Translations under genes and position numbers: made by a program
Notes under the pieces: model-generated
Told to the model about the DNA's origin: nothing
The model's input: only the letters and a program-made list of their open reading frames with translations
The model's database searches: none
Part shown: piece by piece, positions 53,882 to 63,505 of the stretch
Layout: each line of letters opens with the position of its first letter
Numbering within the stretch: position 1 is the first letter of the stretch
Assembly (NCBI GenBank): GCA_020632515.1
Contig: JACKFK010000005.1
Coordinates: 157,327-221,326 of the forward strand
Reading direction: 5' to 3'
Length of the DNA: 64,000 nucleotides
Origin: Candidatus Omnitrophota bacterium
GTDB taxonomy: Bacteria > Omnitrophota > Gorgyraeia > Zapsychrales > Zapsychraceae

Positions 53882-54817
53882 ATGAATACAAATGAGAGTG
53901 TGAAACGTTTCCGTCGGGCGGTTGCCAGGCATGCTTTATTTTTTTGTTCTTGGTTGTTTAATAAGTTGCCTTACAGCGTTGTTAAAGGTTTTTCTAATGT
54001 TGTAATTGCTCTTGGGTTTATCGTGGTCGGCCGGCAGCGAAAGATAGCTAAAGAGAGTTTAGAAATTGCGCTGGGACAAGAAACAACGGAGTTTGAACGG
54101 CGGGAGATTGTTAGAAAATGTTTTGATAATTTGGGCCGGGGTATGATCGAATTGATTTATTTTATGGAACATCCGGCTATGATTAATGAACGGGTGGTTA
54201 TTGAAGGTAAAGAACATCTGGATGAAGCGTTTAAAAAGGGAAATGGGGTTATAGGAATTAGTGCTCATTTTGGCAGCTTTCCCTTGATGCTGCTGCGGTT
54301 TGCTCAGGAAGGATATCCTACCAACGCGATTATCCGGCCGGTTCGAGATCAAATCATTGAGAAGCACTTTTTAAATCAGCGAAGCAAATTAGGGTTAAAC
54401 ACGATTTACAGTGTTCCGCGTCAGCAATGTGTTAATACTTCCATTAAAGCGTTAAGAAATAATGAGTTGCTTTTTATTCCATTAGATCAGAATTTTGGCA
54501 GCGGCAGCGGCGTATTTGTTGAATTTTTTGGTCAGAAGGCAGCTACCGCGACGGGGCCTGTTGTTTTTGCCAGGCGGACAAATGCGGCAATCTTGCCGAT
54601 GTTCATTGTTAGGGAAAATCACGACAAGCATAGAATTATTATAGAAAAGGAAATGGAATTAATTCAGAGCGATGATGAAGATAAATTTATTTATGAAAAT
54701 ACAGCTCGAATTACGCAATTAATTGAAAAGTATGTGCGGCGGTATCCGCAAGAGTGGGGGTGGATGCATCGCCGTTGGAAAAGCCGTCCTAAACAGGACG
54801 CGGTATTAAAAAAGTGA
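53882..54817 (+). CDS. Lipid A biosynthesis (LpxL/HtrB family) lysophospholipid acyltransferase
   Basis: 311 aa. N-terminal anchor. 'GVIGISAHFGSFPLM' in the H-box position. C-terminal 'YPQEWGWMHRRWK' is typical of the family. Confidence 0.65.
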   Translation: MNTNESVKRFRRAVARHALFFCSWLFNKLPYSVVKGFSNVVIALGFIVVGRQRKIAKESLEIALGQETTEFERREIVRKCFDNLGRGMIELIYFMEHPAMINERVVIEGKEHLDEAFKKGNGVIGISAHFGSFPLMLLRFAQEGYPTNAIIRPVRDQIIEKHFLNQRSKLGLNTIYSVPRQQCVNTSIKALRNNELLFIPLDQNFGSGSGVFVEFFGQKAATATGPVVFARRTNAAILPMFIVRENHDKHRIIIEKEMELIQSDDEDKFIYENTARITQLIEKYVRRYPQEWGWMHRRWKSRPKQDAVLKK

Positions 54818-54824
54818 GTGAAGG

Positions 54825-55013
54825 ATGAGTGAACAGAAGAAAACAAAGAAAAATAAAAAAACGACAATGTTTCCACTCGGGATAGTTTTGCTTATTCTTG
54901 GAGTCAGTATGATTTTGGCTTGGTGGCCTGATGTTGTAAGTGTATTTCGCGGACTCCTTGGTATAGCTTTGGCGCTGGGCGGGTTATTGGTCTTGTATTC
55001 GTTAAATAAGTAA
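54825..55013 (+). CDS. Small two-TM membrane protein
   Basis: 62 aa. Lysine-rich N-terminus followed by two hydrophobic helices. The start codon is uncertain. Confidence 0.35.
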   Translation: MSEQKKTKKNKKTTMFPLGIVLLILGVSMILAWWPDVVSVFRGLLGIALALGGLLVLYSLNK

Positions 55014-55018
55014 TTATA

Positions 55019-55145
55019 GTGGTCAGTGATCAGTGTTAAGTGGTCAGTAAACAAGTTACAAGGTCACAAAGTTTCCAGATCATAAAATATTTGTAACTTT
55101 GTGACAAAAGCTTCAGATTCTTATTGCTGTGACATTGTGACTTCT
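55019..55145. repeat. Composite intergenic element B, collinear with element A
   Basis: GTGGTCA GTGATCA GTGTTAA GTGGTCA GTAAACA (55019-55053). AGTTACAA GGTCACAA AGTTTCCA (55054-55077). TTGTAACT TTGTGACA (55091-55106). CTGTGACA TTGTGACT (55127-55142). It shares the 16-mer TGTGACATTGTGACTT with element A. Confidence 0.9.
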
Positions 55146-55184
55146 TTATTGATTAGTACCCATCAGAGACGGGCGACTTAAAAT

Positions 55185-56186
55185 ATGTATTGGATCGAGT
55201 TTATTATCAGCGCTGTGGTGATTGTTCTTGCCGGGATTCGTTTAACTGTTTACGCGGATAAATTGTGCGAACAGTTGTCTTTAGGAAAAGTTTGGATCGG
55301 GATTGTCCTTTTGGGGATTGTTACCTCCTTGCCTGAGGCGATTACTTGTATTGTTTCCATTGTTTCTTTAAAAGCGAATAATTTAGCTATTGGAAATCTC
55401 GTCGGAAGTAATAATTTTAACCCTATGCTGTTGGTCATGATGGATCTGTTTTACCGTAAGGGGGCTATTACCAATGATATTGCTCCCAATCGCAGTCATA
55501 ATTTATCTGCGCTTTTTGCTGGGATTTTATCATTAATTGTCATTTTTGAAATTTATTACAGCAGCCGTAATTCTTTAATTATGATAGGGCCGATTAGTGC
55601 GGGCAGTGGGGTTATTTTAATATTGTATTTTATTTTTATGCGCTTTTTAGCTGGGGTGAATTCGACGGAAAATCCGGTCGGGGTTGTGGATAAGGCGTTG
55701 TCTGTTGATCATAAAAATCATTTGATTAAGATTTGGATTAACCTGGTATTGTGCGCGCTGGTTGTTGTGATCGGTGCGATATGGCTGGCCAAGTCATCGG
55801 ATGTTATTGCGGAAAAATCCGGTTTAGGTCGGACGTTCGTCGGCAGTACATTGCTGGCGATGGTAACTTCTTTGCCGGAGATGGTCGTGTCGTTGTCGGC
55901 TATGCGGTTAGGATCGTTGGATTTAGCCATTGGCAATATTTTCGGTAGTAATATGACTAATCTTTTTATCCTTGCGATTTGCGATGTGGTTTATCCCGCG
56001 GCGGGTGTTTTACAGACGGTTTCTTCGGTGCATGCAGTCACCTTGTCGGCGAGTGTTGTGCTTATGGGAAGCATTATTTTAGGTATGCATATGCGTAAGA
56101 GAAAAATTCTTTTTATGGGATGGGATTCATGGCTGATGACCGCAATTTTTTTGTCTGTCACCGGATTTTTATACGTGGTGAGGTAA
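55185..56186 (+). CDS. Sodium/calcium exchanger (CaCA, YrbG-like) family membrane protein
   Basis: 333 aa. Two alpha-repeat signatures, 'GNLVGSNNFN' and 'GNIFGSNMTN'. 'TSLPE' occurs in both halves. Confidence 0.75.
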   Translation: MYWIEFIISAVVIVLAGIRLTVYADKLCEQLSLGKVWIGIVLLGIVTSLPEAITCIVSIVSLKANNLAIGNLVGSNNFNPMLLVMMDLFYRKGAITNDIAPNRSHNLSALFAGILSLIVIFEIYYSSRNSLIMIGPISAGSGVILILYFIFMRFLAGVNSTENPVGVVDKALSVDHKNHLIKIWINLVLCALVVVIGAIWLAKSSDVIAEKSGLGRTFVGSTLLAMVTSLPEMVVSLSAMRLGSLDLAIGNIFGSNMTNLFILAICDVVYPAAGVLQTVSSVHAVTLSASVVLMGSIILGMHMRKRKILFMGWDSWLMTAIFLSVTGFLYVVR

Positions 56187-56229
56187 AATATTAGAAACAG
56201 ATATTATATTCTAAGGAAGTGAGTTGTTT

Positions 56230-56826
56230 ATGATGAATAAAATAAGAAAATATTTTTTTACCGGGTTGGTGGTGCTTTTGCCGATCACGCTGACGATCTA
56301 CTTGTTTGTGTTATTGATTAATTTCTCTGATAATCAGTTGGCGAAGTATTTGCCGGCGGAGTGGGTGTATTATGTTGATAAAATTCCGGGGTTGAGCATT
56401 TTAATCGCGATCACGGTTATTGTGATTATTGGTTTTTTTGCCACGAATTTTCTTGGTAAGAAAATATTCGAATTTTTTGAAAAATTCTTCTTTAAATTGC
56501 CGTTTTTCCGACAGGTGTATCCGGCGATTAAGGAAATGGCCATGTTTCTTTTTAGTCAGGAACGTGGCGCGACTTTTAAACAAGTTGTATTAGTAGAGTA
56601 TCCGCGTAAGGGGATTTACGCGTTTGGATTTCTTACTAATAATTCTTCGGCTAAGATTTGTGATAAAGTGAATCAGGAACTTTACAATGTGTTTCTCCCC
56701 AGTGCACCTGGTCCGCTTACGGGATATGTAATCGTCGTTCCCAAGAAAGAAATTATTTTTACCGATATCAGTATTGAAGACGCCTTTAAATTCATTGTCT
56801 CCGGAGGGGTTGTCAATCCCGCCTAA
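56230..56826 (+). CDS. DUF502 family membrane protein
   Basis: 'MNKIRKYFFTGLVVLLPITLTIYL', then 'PGLSILIAITVIVIIGFFATNFLGKK' and 'PSAPGPLTGYVIVVPK'. The ATG at 56230 has RBS AAGGAAGTGAG. The track starts at a TTG at 56224. Confidence 0.6.
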   Translation: MMNKIRKYFFTGLVVLLPITLTIYLFVLLINFSDNQLAKYLPAEWVYYVDKIPGLSILIAITVIVIIGFFATNFLGKKIFEFFEKFFFKLPFFRQVYPAIKEMAMFLFSQERGATFKQVVLVEYPRKGIYAFGFLTNNSSAKICDKVNQELYNVFLPSAPGPLTGYVIVVPKKEIIFTDISIEDAFKFIVSGGVVNPA

Positions 56827-56831
56827 TTTTC

Positions 56832-57488
56832 ATGGCCAATCGAAAAATTAAAATTGTTATCTTTGATCTGGATGGGACATTAGTTGATGCGTACGCGGCA
56901 GTGACGCACAGTATTAATTACGCGTTAAAGACGTTAGAACTACCATTGATTTCTGAAGCTAAGGTTAGACGGAAAGTAGGCTGGGGCGAGGAGCATTTTG
57001 TCCGTTCGATTGTAAAACCTGAGGATTTTTCCCGGACGTTAGCTTTGTACCGCCAGCATCATCGGGAAACGTTGGGTACTCATGTGAGGTTTCTTCCGGG
57101 GGCTAAGGAGATGGTTGAGAATTTACATCGGGGTCAATACAAATTAGCGGTGGCTAGCAACCGGCCAACGCGGTTTTCGAAGGTGATTTTAAAGGCTTTA
57201 GAAATCGATCAGTATTTTCATTATATCCTATGCGGGGATCGGGTTAAAAAACCTAAACCTTCAGGGGAAATGCTCAAGACGATTTTACAAAGGTTTGCGT
57301 TTAAGCCTGGAGAAGCGGTTTTTGTGGGGGATATGACCGTGGATGCTTTATGCGGCAAGAGGGCTCGGGTTAAGACAGTTATTGTTAAAACAGGGTCCAG
57401 CACAGTCAAAGAAATTCAACAAATGGAACCTTTTCGTATTATTGGGCATATTGGGAAATTAAGAACTATCTTAGAGGAATTGTCCTGA
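56832..57488 (+). CDS. HAD-superfamily hydrolase (phosphoglycolate phosphatase-like)
   Basis: 218 aa. Motif I 'IFDLDGTLVD', motif II 'VASN', motif IV 'FVGDMTVD'. Confidence 0.8.
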   Translation: MANRKIKIVIFDLDGTLVDAYAAVTHSINYALKTLELPLISEAKVRRKVGWGEEHFVRSIVKPEDFSRTLALYRQHHRETLGTHVRFLPGAKEMVENLHRGQYKLAVASNRPTRFSKVILKALEIDQYFHYILCGDRVKKPKPSGEMLKTILQRFAFKPGEAVFVGDMTVDALCGKRARVKTVIVKTGSSTVKEIQQMEPFRIIGHIGKLRTILEELS

Positions 57489-57651
57489 ATTAAAAAAATT
57501 AAGAAACTAATAGATTTTTATTGATTCTTTCTTAATAATTATGTATAACAAACTCTTTAAGTTAAGTCCTGATTGCCCTGATTTGGGGTAGTTTTTTAAA
57601 TCTGTGTAATCTGCGTTAATCGGAGTAATCATTATTAAGGAGTTGGAAGTT

Positions 57652-57732
57652 ATGGGGAAACGTAAAAGAAGAGGGAAGTTGAACTGGCGCTCTAAAAAAG
57701 CCAATCACGGTAAGAAACCTAACCGAGGGTAA
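57652..57732 (+). CDS. Possible 30S ribosomal protein Thx (26-codon basic ORF, absent from the ORF track)
   Basis: My translation: MGKRKRRGKLNWRSKKANHGKKPNRG. RBS AAGGAG lies 8 nt upstream. It resembles Thermus Thx ([26 protein letters not shown], from memory) in the 'MGK..RRGK..WR' pattern. Confidence 0.4.
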   Translation: MGKRKRRGKLNWRSKKANHGKKPNRG

Positions 57733-57849
57733 GTAGTTGTTAAAATTCTCTGGTTTGTTTTTTGAGTTTTAGATTTTCGACCATTGATCGCGTTTATTTA
57801 CCTGCAAGTTGGCAGGTAGAAAACGTTTGATTATTAACGATGCAGGGAG

Positions 57850-59964
57850 ATGTGGATGTTTGATGTTTTTATTCTCGCTCCAATTGGGGCATTTGTTGCT
57901 TTATTCTTTGCTGCTGTTCTTACCAATAAAATTTTTAAGCATGACGAAGGAACCGCGCAGATGCAGGAAATCGCGCAGGCTGTGCGTGAAGGTGCGGGAG
58001 CTTATCTTCGTCGGCAATACAAAGGTTCCGCAACATTTTTTCTAGTTGTTTTTGTCATTCTTTTGTACATGTCTTTTAAAGGATACCTGGGGATGTTTGT
58101 TCCGTTTGCGTTTTTAACAGGCGGTTTGTTTTCAGGATTATCCGGTTTTTGTGGTATGAAGATTGCCACGCACGCCAGCGCACGGACAGCCAATGCCTGC
58201 CGAAGCAGTCTAAACGCGGGGTTGCGTTTAGCCTTTTCTTCCGGCGCGGTAATGGGATTTGTTGTGGTTGGGTTGGGATTAATGGACTTGTGCTTGTGGT
58301 ATTTCAGTTTGGATTGGTACTACTCTTCACACGCGTTGGATGTAAGCGCGAGTAAAAGCGAAATGATTACCTCTACCATGTTGACCTTTGGAATGGGCGC
58401 AAGTTTTCAAGCTCTATTCGCCCGTGTTGGCGGAGGGATTTTTACTAAAGCCGCGGATGTTGGCGCAGACCTTGTGGGAAAAGTTGAAGCCGGAATCCCT
58501 GAGGATGACCCAAGAAATCCTGCTGTAATCGCTGACAATGTTGGTGATAATGTCGGGGATGTTGCGGGAATGGGCGCGGATTTGTACGAATCTTACGTTG
58601 GTTCCATTGTGGCTACAGGCGCGTTAGGTGTGGCGGCTGGTTTTGGAGTCAAAGGAATTACAGTTCCAATGACACTAGCTGCTGTTGGGATTTTTGCTTC
58701 CATTTTTGGAATGATTTTTGTGAAAACTTCCGAAGACGCAACGCAAAAATCTCTTTTGCAAGCATTGCGTAAAGGGATTTTTTCAGCGTCTATTTTAATG
58801 GCGGTTTTAGCGTTTTTTATTATTCGTGAAGTTTTGGGGTCTGAGAATATTGGGATTTATGGTTCTGTAATTACCGGATTAATTGCCGGATTATTAATTG
58901 GTTTGTGCACGGAATATTTCACCTCCGCGCATTATAACCCAACTAAGAAGCTGGCAGGAACCGCAGTGACTGGGCCGGCAACGATTATTATTGAAGGGAT
59001 TTCCATTGGAATGATGTCGACAATGATGCCAATGTTGATTGTGGCGGCTGGCATCTTGGCAAGTTTTGGCCTCTCCGGCGGGTTTGGGGCGGAAGAAGGC
59101 TCGTTTGCGAAAGGGCTTTACGGAATCGGAATCGCCGCAGTTGGAATGTTAAGTACTTTGGGAATCACATTGGCAACTGACGCGTACGGACCTGTGGCAG
59201 ACAACGCCGGGGGAAACGCGCAAATGGCTGGACTGGAACCCAAAGTAAGAGAGCGAACAGACGCCTTAGATTCATTAGGGAATACAACCGCGGCAACCGG
59301 CAAAGGATTCGCAATCGGTTCAGCCGCGTTAACCGCGTTGGCGTTAATTTCCGCGTTTAAAGAAAAAGTCGCGATTGAAGGTGGAGACATTGTTTTGAAT
59401 TTAATCGATCCTTTGGTGCTCATTGGACTATTTATTGGAACCATGATGCCTTACGTTTTTTCCTCTTTAACAATGAGTGCGGTGGGCCGCGCTGCCAGTC
59501 AAGTAGTTGTGGAAGTCCGACGACAGTTTAAAGAAATTAATGGATTAATGGAAGGGAAAGCAAAGCCTGATTACGCCCGATGCGTCGATATTGTTACGAC
59601 CGCCGCGTTAAAGGAAATGCGGATGCCGGCGCTTTTAGCCATTCTTACACCTATTGTCATTGGATTGCTTCTAGGGATCAACAGCGTTGGTGGATTATTG
59701 ATTGGCGCTACAGCCTCAGGATTTGTTTTGGCCGTTATGATGGCAAATTCCGGCGGGGCCTGGGACAACGCGAAGAAATACATTGAAGAAGGAAACTACG
59801 GAGGAAAAGGCTCTACCGCGCACAAAGCAGGAGTTGTCGGCGACACAGTCGGAGATCCGTTTAAAGATACAGCTGGCCCAAGCATTAACATTCTCATTAA
59901 ATTGATGTCGATGGTCTCTATTGTTTTTGCCGCATTTATTCTGCAGAACACTTTTTTTCATTAA
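57850..59964 (+). CDS. hppA: Membrane-bound pyrophosphatase (K+-dependent-type signature)
   Basis: 704 aa. '[19 protein letters not shown]', '[17 protein letters not shown]', '[18 protein letters not shown]', '[10 protein letters not shown]'. The second ATG at 57856 has better RBS spacing. Confidence 0.95.
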   Translation: MWMFDVFILAPIGAFVALFFAAVLTNKIFKHDEGTAQMQEIAQAVREGAGAYLRRQYKGSATFFLVVFVILLYMSFKGYLGMFVPFAFLTGGLFSGLSGFCGMKIATHASARTANACRSSLNAGLRLAFSSGAVMGFVVVGLGLMDLCLWYFSLDWYYSSHALDVSASKSEMITSTMLTFGMGASFQALFARVGGGIFTKAADVGADLVGKVEAGIPEDDPRNPAVIADNVGDNVGDVAGMGADLYESYVGSIVATGALGVAAGFGVKGITVPMTLAAVGIFASIFGMIFVKTSEDATQKSLLQALRKGIFSASILMAVLAFFIIREVLGSENIGIYGSVITGLIAGLLIGLCTEYFTSAHYNPTKKLAGTAVTGPATIIIEGISIGMMSTMMPMLIVAAGILASFGLSGGFGAEEGSFAKGLYGIGIAAVGMLSTLGITLATDAYGPVADNAGGNAQMAGLEPKVRERTDALDSLGNTTAATGKGFAIGSAALTALALISAFKEKVAIEGGDIVLNLIDPLVLIGLFIGTMMPYVFSSLTMSAVGRAASQVVVEVRRQFKEINGLMEGKAKPDYARCVDIVTTAALKEMRMPALLAILTPIVIGLLLGINSVGGLLIGATASGFVLAVMMANSGGAWDNAKKYIEEGNYGGKGSTAHKAGVVGDTVGDPFKDTAGPSINILIKLMSMVSIVFAAFILQNTFFH

Positions 59965-60092
59965 TCCTCTTATAAATCTTGCTTACAAAATAAATTAACT
60001 GTAAAATAGGGCTTTCATCAGGCAATAGAGGATTAAAACTCTTTGTAATAAACAATCATTTCTTTATTTCCTGTTTAAAAGGGATGTGTGGA

Positions 60093-60767
60093 ATGCGGAT
60101 TTTACTAGTTGAAGACGAACGCAAAATTGCTAATTTTATCGAACGCGGCCTAAAAGAAAAAAAGTATGTCGTAGATGTGTCGCATGATGGCGAAGACGGA
60201 TTATTTAAAGCGGAAATAAATCCGTATGATTTAATCTTGCTGGATGTCATGCTGCCAAAAGTAGATGGAGTGGCTGTTTGTAAAGAACTGCGTAAGAAAA
60301 AGATTGATACCCCGATTTTAATGCTGACAGCGCGCGACGCTGTAAAGGACCGTATCACCGGGTTAAACTCCGGAGCTGATGATTATTTAAACAAACCGTT
60401 CGCGTTTGAAGAACTTTTGGCAAGAATCAGAGCCTTGCTTAGACGTCAACGAACTGAGAAGATTGACGAGTTAAAAATCGCTGATTTGGAATTAAATTTG
60501 CTTAACCATGAAGTTAAGCGTTCGGGGAAAAGTATAGAGCTGACTAATAAAGAATACATTCTGCTGGAATATCTTATGATGCATACGAATCAGGTGATTA
60601 CGCGGACAATGATCTCTGAACACGTTTGGAAAGAAGATTTTAACAGTTTAAGTAATGTTATCGATGTTCACATCCGTTATCTCCGCCGGAAGATTGATTC
60701 CGGACATAAAACAAAACTGATTCATACAATCAGAGGTTCAGGATATATCTTAAAAGATTCTCAATGA
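60093..60767 (+). CDS. OmpR-family response regulator
   Basis: 'MRILLVEDE', 'DLILLDVMLP', and a winged-helix C-terminus 'LTNKEYILLEYLM...IHTIRGSGY'. The track ORF starts 9 nt earlier. Confidence 0.9.
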   Translation: MRILLVEDERKIANFIERGLKEKKYVVDVSHDGEDGLFKAEINPYDLILLDVMLPKVDGVAVCKELRKKKIDTPILMLTARDAVKDRITGLNSGADDYLNKPFAFEELLARIRALLRRQRTEKIDELKIADLELNLLNHEVKRSGKSIELTNKEYILLEYLMMHTNQVITRTMISEHVWKEDFNSLSNVIDVHIRYLRRKIDSGHKTKLIHTIRGSGYILKDSQ

Positions 60768-62311
60768 AGTTCTCTCCTAGAAAAATTCAATTCAAGAAAA
60801 CCGAATCTCCTAAAGAAAAAAAAAGCAAATCCCGCCGGTTTCAACGAAGAAATTCTTTTAAATTTGAAGTTACAGCCTTAATCACTTTAGTGGTGGGCAT
60901 AATTCTTATGGTGTTTAGCTGTGTTTTGTATTGGATTTTGTCACATACTTTGCATGTTGATATGGACAATGAATTAAAAATTAAAGCTGAAACAGTAAAT
61001 CAGGCTATCCGTGTTTATGTGGATGTTAGAGGAGAGAAGCCGGAATCATTAAAATACGCGATTGAAAAAGCTGTTGTTGAAGAAAATTTGCACAACACCC
61101 GCTGGTGGATGTTTGGTTTTCAACGCCGCTGGTCGGAGCAACTTGATGATTTGGATTTAGATGAAGTATATATTAATTTTGCTTCTTCAAAGAAGGCATC
61201 GCTTTTTAGGTCGAAAAATATGGATTCGGAATTAACAAACCAGTTTCTAACGCAGGTTGAAATTGATGTGAATAACAAATCGGTTTTTAAGAATTTAAAT
61301 TTCAACGACCAAAGAATACGTATTATTAACTATCCGGTTTCTTATGATGGCGAATCTTATTATTGTATTCAAATTGGGGCTTCACAAAGGCCAATTGTGG
61401 TTTTGCTGGAAAACTGGCTGAAATCTACCTTATACAGTATTCCAGCGGTGTTGATTTTGACATTTTTCGTCGGGCAGTTGTTCGCTTCCAGAATCTTGTC
61501 GCCTATTCAAAAAATCACGTCTACCGCGAAAACTATTGCCGATGGAGATTTAAGCATGCGGATGGAAGCGCAGGATTATTATGTTGAAATGAATTATCTT
61601 ATCGACGCCTTTAATGAAATGATAGAACGTTTAGAAAGATCTTTTCACCATATCGAAGAATTTAGTTCGCATGTCGCGCATGAACTCAAGACGCCTTTAA
61701 CCATTATTCGAGGAGAAACAGAATTAGCCTCGCTGGAAGGAAGAAATACTGAAGATTATAAAAGGGCCCTGGGGATTATTTTAGAGGAAACTGAAAATAT
61801 GCTTACGATAATTGAAGACTTGCTGTTTTTGTCTAAATTAGATTATCGGCCTGAATTCCCGCAGATGAAAAAAATGGACTTTGTTGAATTTTTTAGGGAA
61901 GTTTCCGAACAAAGCCGTATTTTGGTTAATGAAAAGAAAATTCAATTATTAATAGATATACCTAATGAAAAGATATTCGTCATAGGTGACAGCGTGCATT
62001 TAAGACGTTTATTTTTTAATTTAATTAATAATGCAATAAAATATACGCCTAGTCAGGGAAAAATTCAATTAAACTTAGTAAGAAAGAATAAAGAAGTCAT
62101 GGTTTCTGTTAAGGATAATGGGCGGGGGATAAATAAAGAAGATCTGGAAAATATTTTTGAACGATTTTATAGTTCTAACGATGAAGATTCCGGTGTGGGG
62201 CTGGGATTAAATATTGCCTCCACCATTGCCAAGGTGCATAAAGGACATATTGAAGTTGTTAGTCTGCCTAACGACGGGGCAACCTTCCAAGTATTCTTAC
62301 CAATTGTTTAA
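60764..62311 (+). CDS. Sensor histidine kinase (2 TM, HAMP, HisKA, HATPase_c)
   Basis: 515 aa. H-box 'SHVAHELKTPL', N-box 'LINNAIKYT', G1 'DNGRGI', G2 'GVGLGLNI'. It overlaps the response-regulator stop by 4 nt. Confidence 0.9.
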   Translation: MKFSPRKIQFKKTESPKEKKSKSRRFQRRNSFKFEVTALITLVVGIILMVFSCVLYWILSHTLHVDMDNELKIKAETVNQAIRVYVDVRGEKPESLKYAIEKAVVEENLHNTRWWMFGFQRRWSEQLDDLDLDEVYINFASSKKASLFRSKNMDSELTNQFLTQVEIDVNNKSVFKNLNFNDQRIRIINYPVSYDGESYYCIQIGASQRPIVVLLENWLKSTLYSIPAVLILTFFVGQLFASRILSPIQKITSTAKTIADGDLSMRMEAQDYYVEMNYLIDAFNEMIERLERSFHHIEEFSSHVAHELKTPLTIIRGETELASLEGRNTEDYKRALGIILEETENMLTIIEDLLFLSKLDYRPEFPQMKKMDFVEFFREVSEQSRILVNEKKIQLLIDIPNEKIFVIGDSVHLRRLFFNLINNAIKYTPSQGKIQLNLVRKNKEVMVSVKDNGRGINKEDLENIFERFYSSNDEDSGVGLGLNIASTIAKVHKGHIEVVSLPNDGATFQVFLPIV

Positions 62312-62313
62312 AA

Positions 62314-62437
62314 GTCACAAAGTCAAAAAGCCACAAAGTCGCAAAATCAGATATCCGGCCCAGAGCGATAACCGATTCAACTTCGTAAGTTGGACTAGGT
62401 TTACGGTGACCTTGTGATTTTGTGGCTTTGTGACGTT
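62314..62437. repeat. Composite intergenic element C: four forward 8-mers and four inverted 8-mers around a roughly 58-bp spacer
   Basis: GTCACAAA GTCAAAAA GCCACAAA GTCGCAAA (62314-62345), then CGGTGACC TTGTGATT TTGTGGCT TTGTGACG (62404-62435). It starts 3 nt after the kinase stop codon. Confidence 0.9.
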
Positions 62438-62550
62438 TAATTAAATAAATTAATTGTAATTTAATCTTCGTTTAATCTTCGTTTTGTTAAATTGCTCACA
62501 AGTAAATCGCTTAAAGAATACCAATCAATCAAATAAATAAGGAGGGTGGC

Positions 62551-62922
62551 ATGAGAAAGAAGATTCTTGTCGTGGATGACGATCAAAGAATTTTAAATCT
62601 TTACATGCGGCTATTTGAAGCGGTTGGTTTATCGATGTTTGACATTGTAACTATGCCCGATCCATATTTAGCAACGGAATATGTTCTAAGAGAAAAAGTA
62701 GACGTTGTAATTCTGGATTTACGTATGCCAAAGGTAAATGGCCAGAAATTTTATGAGGCATTAAAAGAATATAATCCAGAATTAAAAGTTATTGTGTCGA
62801 GTGTTTATCCTATTGATAAACAACGGAAGATGGTTCCGGATGCGACAGGATATTATGACAAATCCTGCGGGCCAATACAATTGGTTGAAAAAGTAGCTAA
62901 TGTATTGGTGAATTGTAATTAA
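62551..62922 (+). CDS. Single-domain (CheY-like) response regulator
   Basis: 123 aa. 'KILVVDDDQ', 'DVVILDLRMPKVNG', 'VIVSSV'. RBS AAGGAGGGTGG. Confidence 0.85.
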   Translation: MRKKILVVDDDQRILNLYMRLFEAVGLSMFDIVTMPDPYLATEYVLREKVDVVILDLRMPKVNGQKFYEALKEYNPELKVIVSSVYPIDKQRKMVPDATGYYDKSCGPIQLVEKVANVLVNCN

Positions 62923-63080
62923 TTTAAAAATATGATTACATTGATTTTTTAGGTCAACTTTCTTGTTTGCTTCCTACTTGGACATAAATAGCAGTTGTTT
63001 AAGAAGGTTTGCAGGAATTAATGTGGTCAGTAAATATATATTACAATTTTAATTTTAACGTTAAACAGGAGGAGAAAAAG

Positions 63081-63398
63081 ATGAAATTATTCATGCTTAT
63101 TCTTGCCGCCGCAATGATCGTCGGCACCAGCTCATTTAGTGAAGCGAAAAAAACGCCTCAAATGAGCACAGAAGAAATTATTAATAACGCGCAAACATTG
63201 CAGTCTTCGGAAGAAAAGATTGAATATCTTTTAATTAAGGGAGATGAGCTTTTAGAGACAAAGCAATATCAGGAAGCTTTTGATGTGGCCCAATATGTTT
63301 TAACAGAATTGGATCCTACATCAGAAAAAGCAATATCTATTTTGACTTCAGCGCAAGAGCATTTAGATACTGATGGTGTATTAGAATCGCAATCCTAA
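63081..63398 (+). CDS. Small secreted protein, unknown function
   Basis: 105 aa from the ATG that follows RBS AGGAGGAG. Signal peptide 'MKLFMLILAAAMIVGTSSFSEA'. Confidence 0.55.
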   Translation: MKLFMLILAAAMIVGTSSFSEAKKTPQMSTEEIINNAQTLQSSEEKIEYLLIKGDELLETKQYQEAFDVAQYVLTELDPTSEKAISILTSAQEHLDTDGVLESQS

Positions 63399-63420
63399 TT
63401 AATAGGATTTTTTAAAGAAT

Positions 63421-63475
63421 TAATGACAGGTGAATTTTCATAAAAGGTGAAATGATACCTGTCATTAATTTTTTA
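63421..63475 (+). terminator. Rho-independent terminator (GACAGG/CCTGTC type)
   Basis: TAATGACAGGT (63421-63431) pairs with ACCTGTCATTA (63457-63467), followed by ATTTTTT. Confidence 0.75.
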
Positions 63476-63505
63476 CGGAAGATTTTCATTAGAAAGGAGC
63501 GGGAA

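Noticed and set aside
57809-58045. 78-aa ORF overlapping the hppA start.
   Set aside because: It is in a different frame from the unambiguous pyrophosphatase gene, and it begins within the hairpin TACCTGCAAGTTGGCAGGTA upstream of hppA.
62214-62417. 67-aa + strand ORF spanning the kinase 3' end and element C. A similar case is 54806..55054(-) over element B.
   Set aside because: It overlaps the well-supported HATPase_c coding frame and then reads through the 8-mer repeats. It has no independent support.
63029-63040. A 12-mer, GTGGTCAGTAAA, shared with element B (55040-55051).
   Set aside because: Many chance 12-mer matches are expected within a 64-kb window (on the order of N^2/2/4^12). There is no flanking similarity, so it is not counted as a family member.
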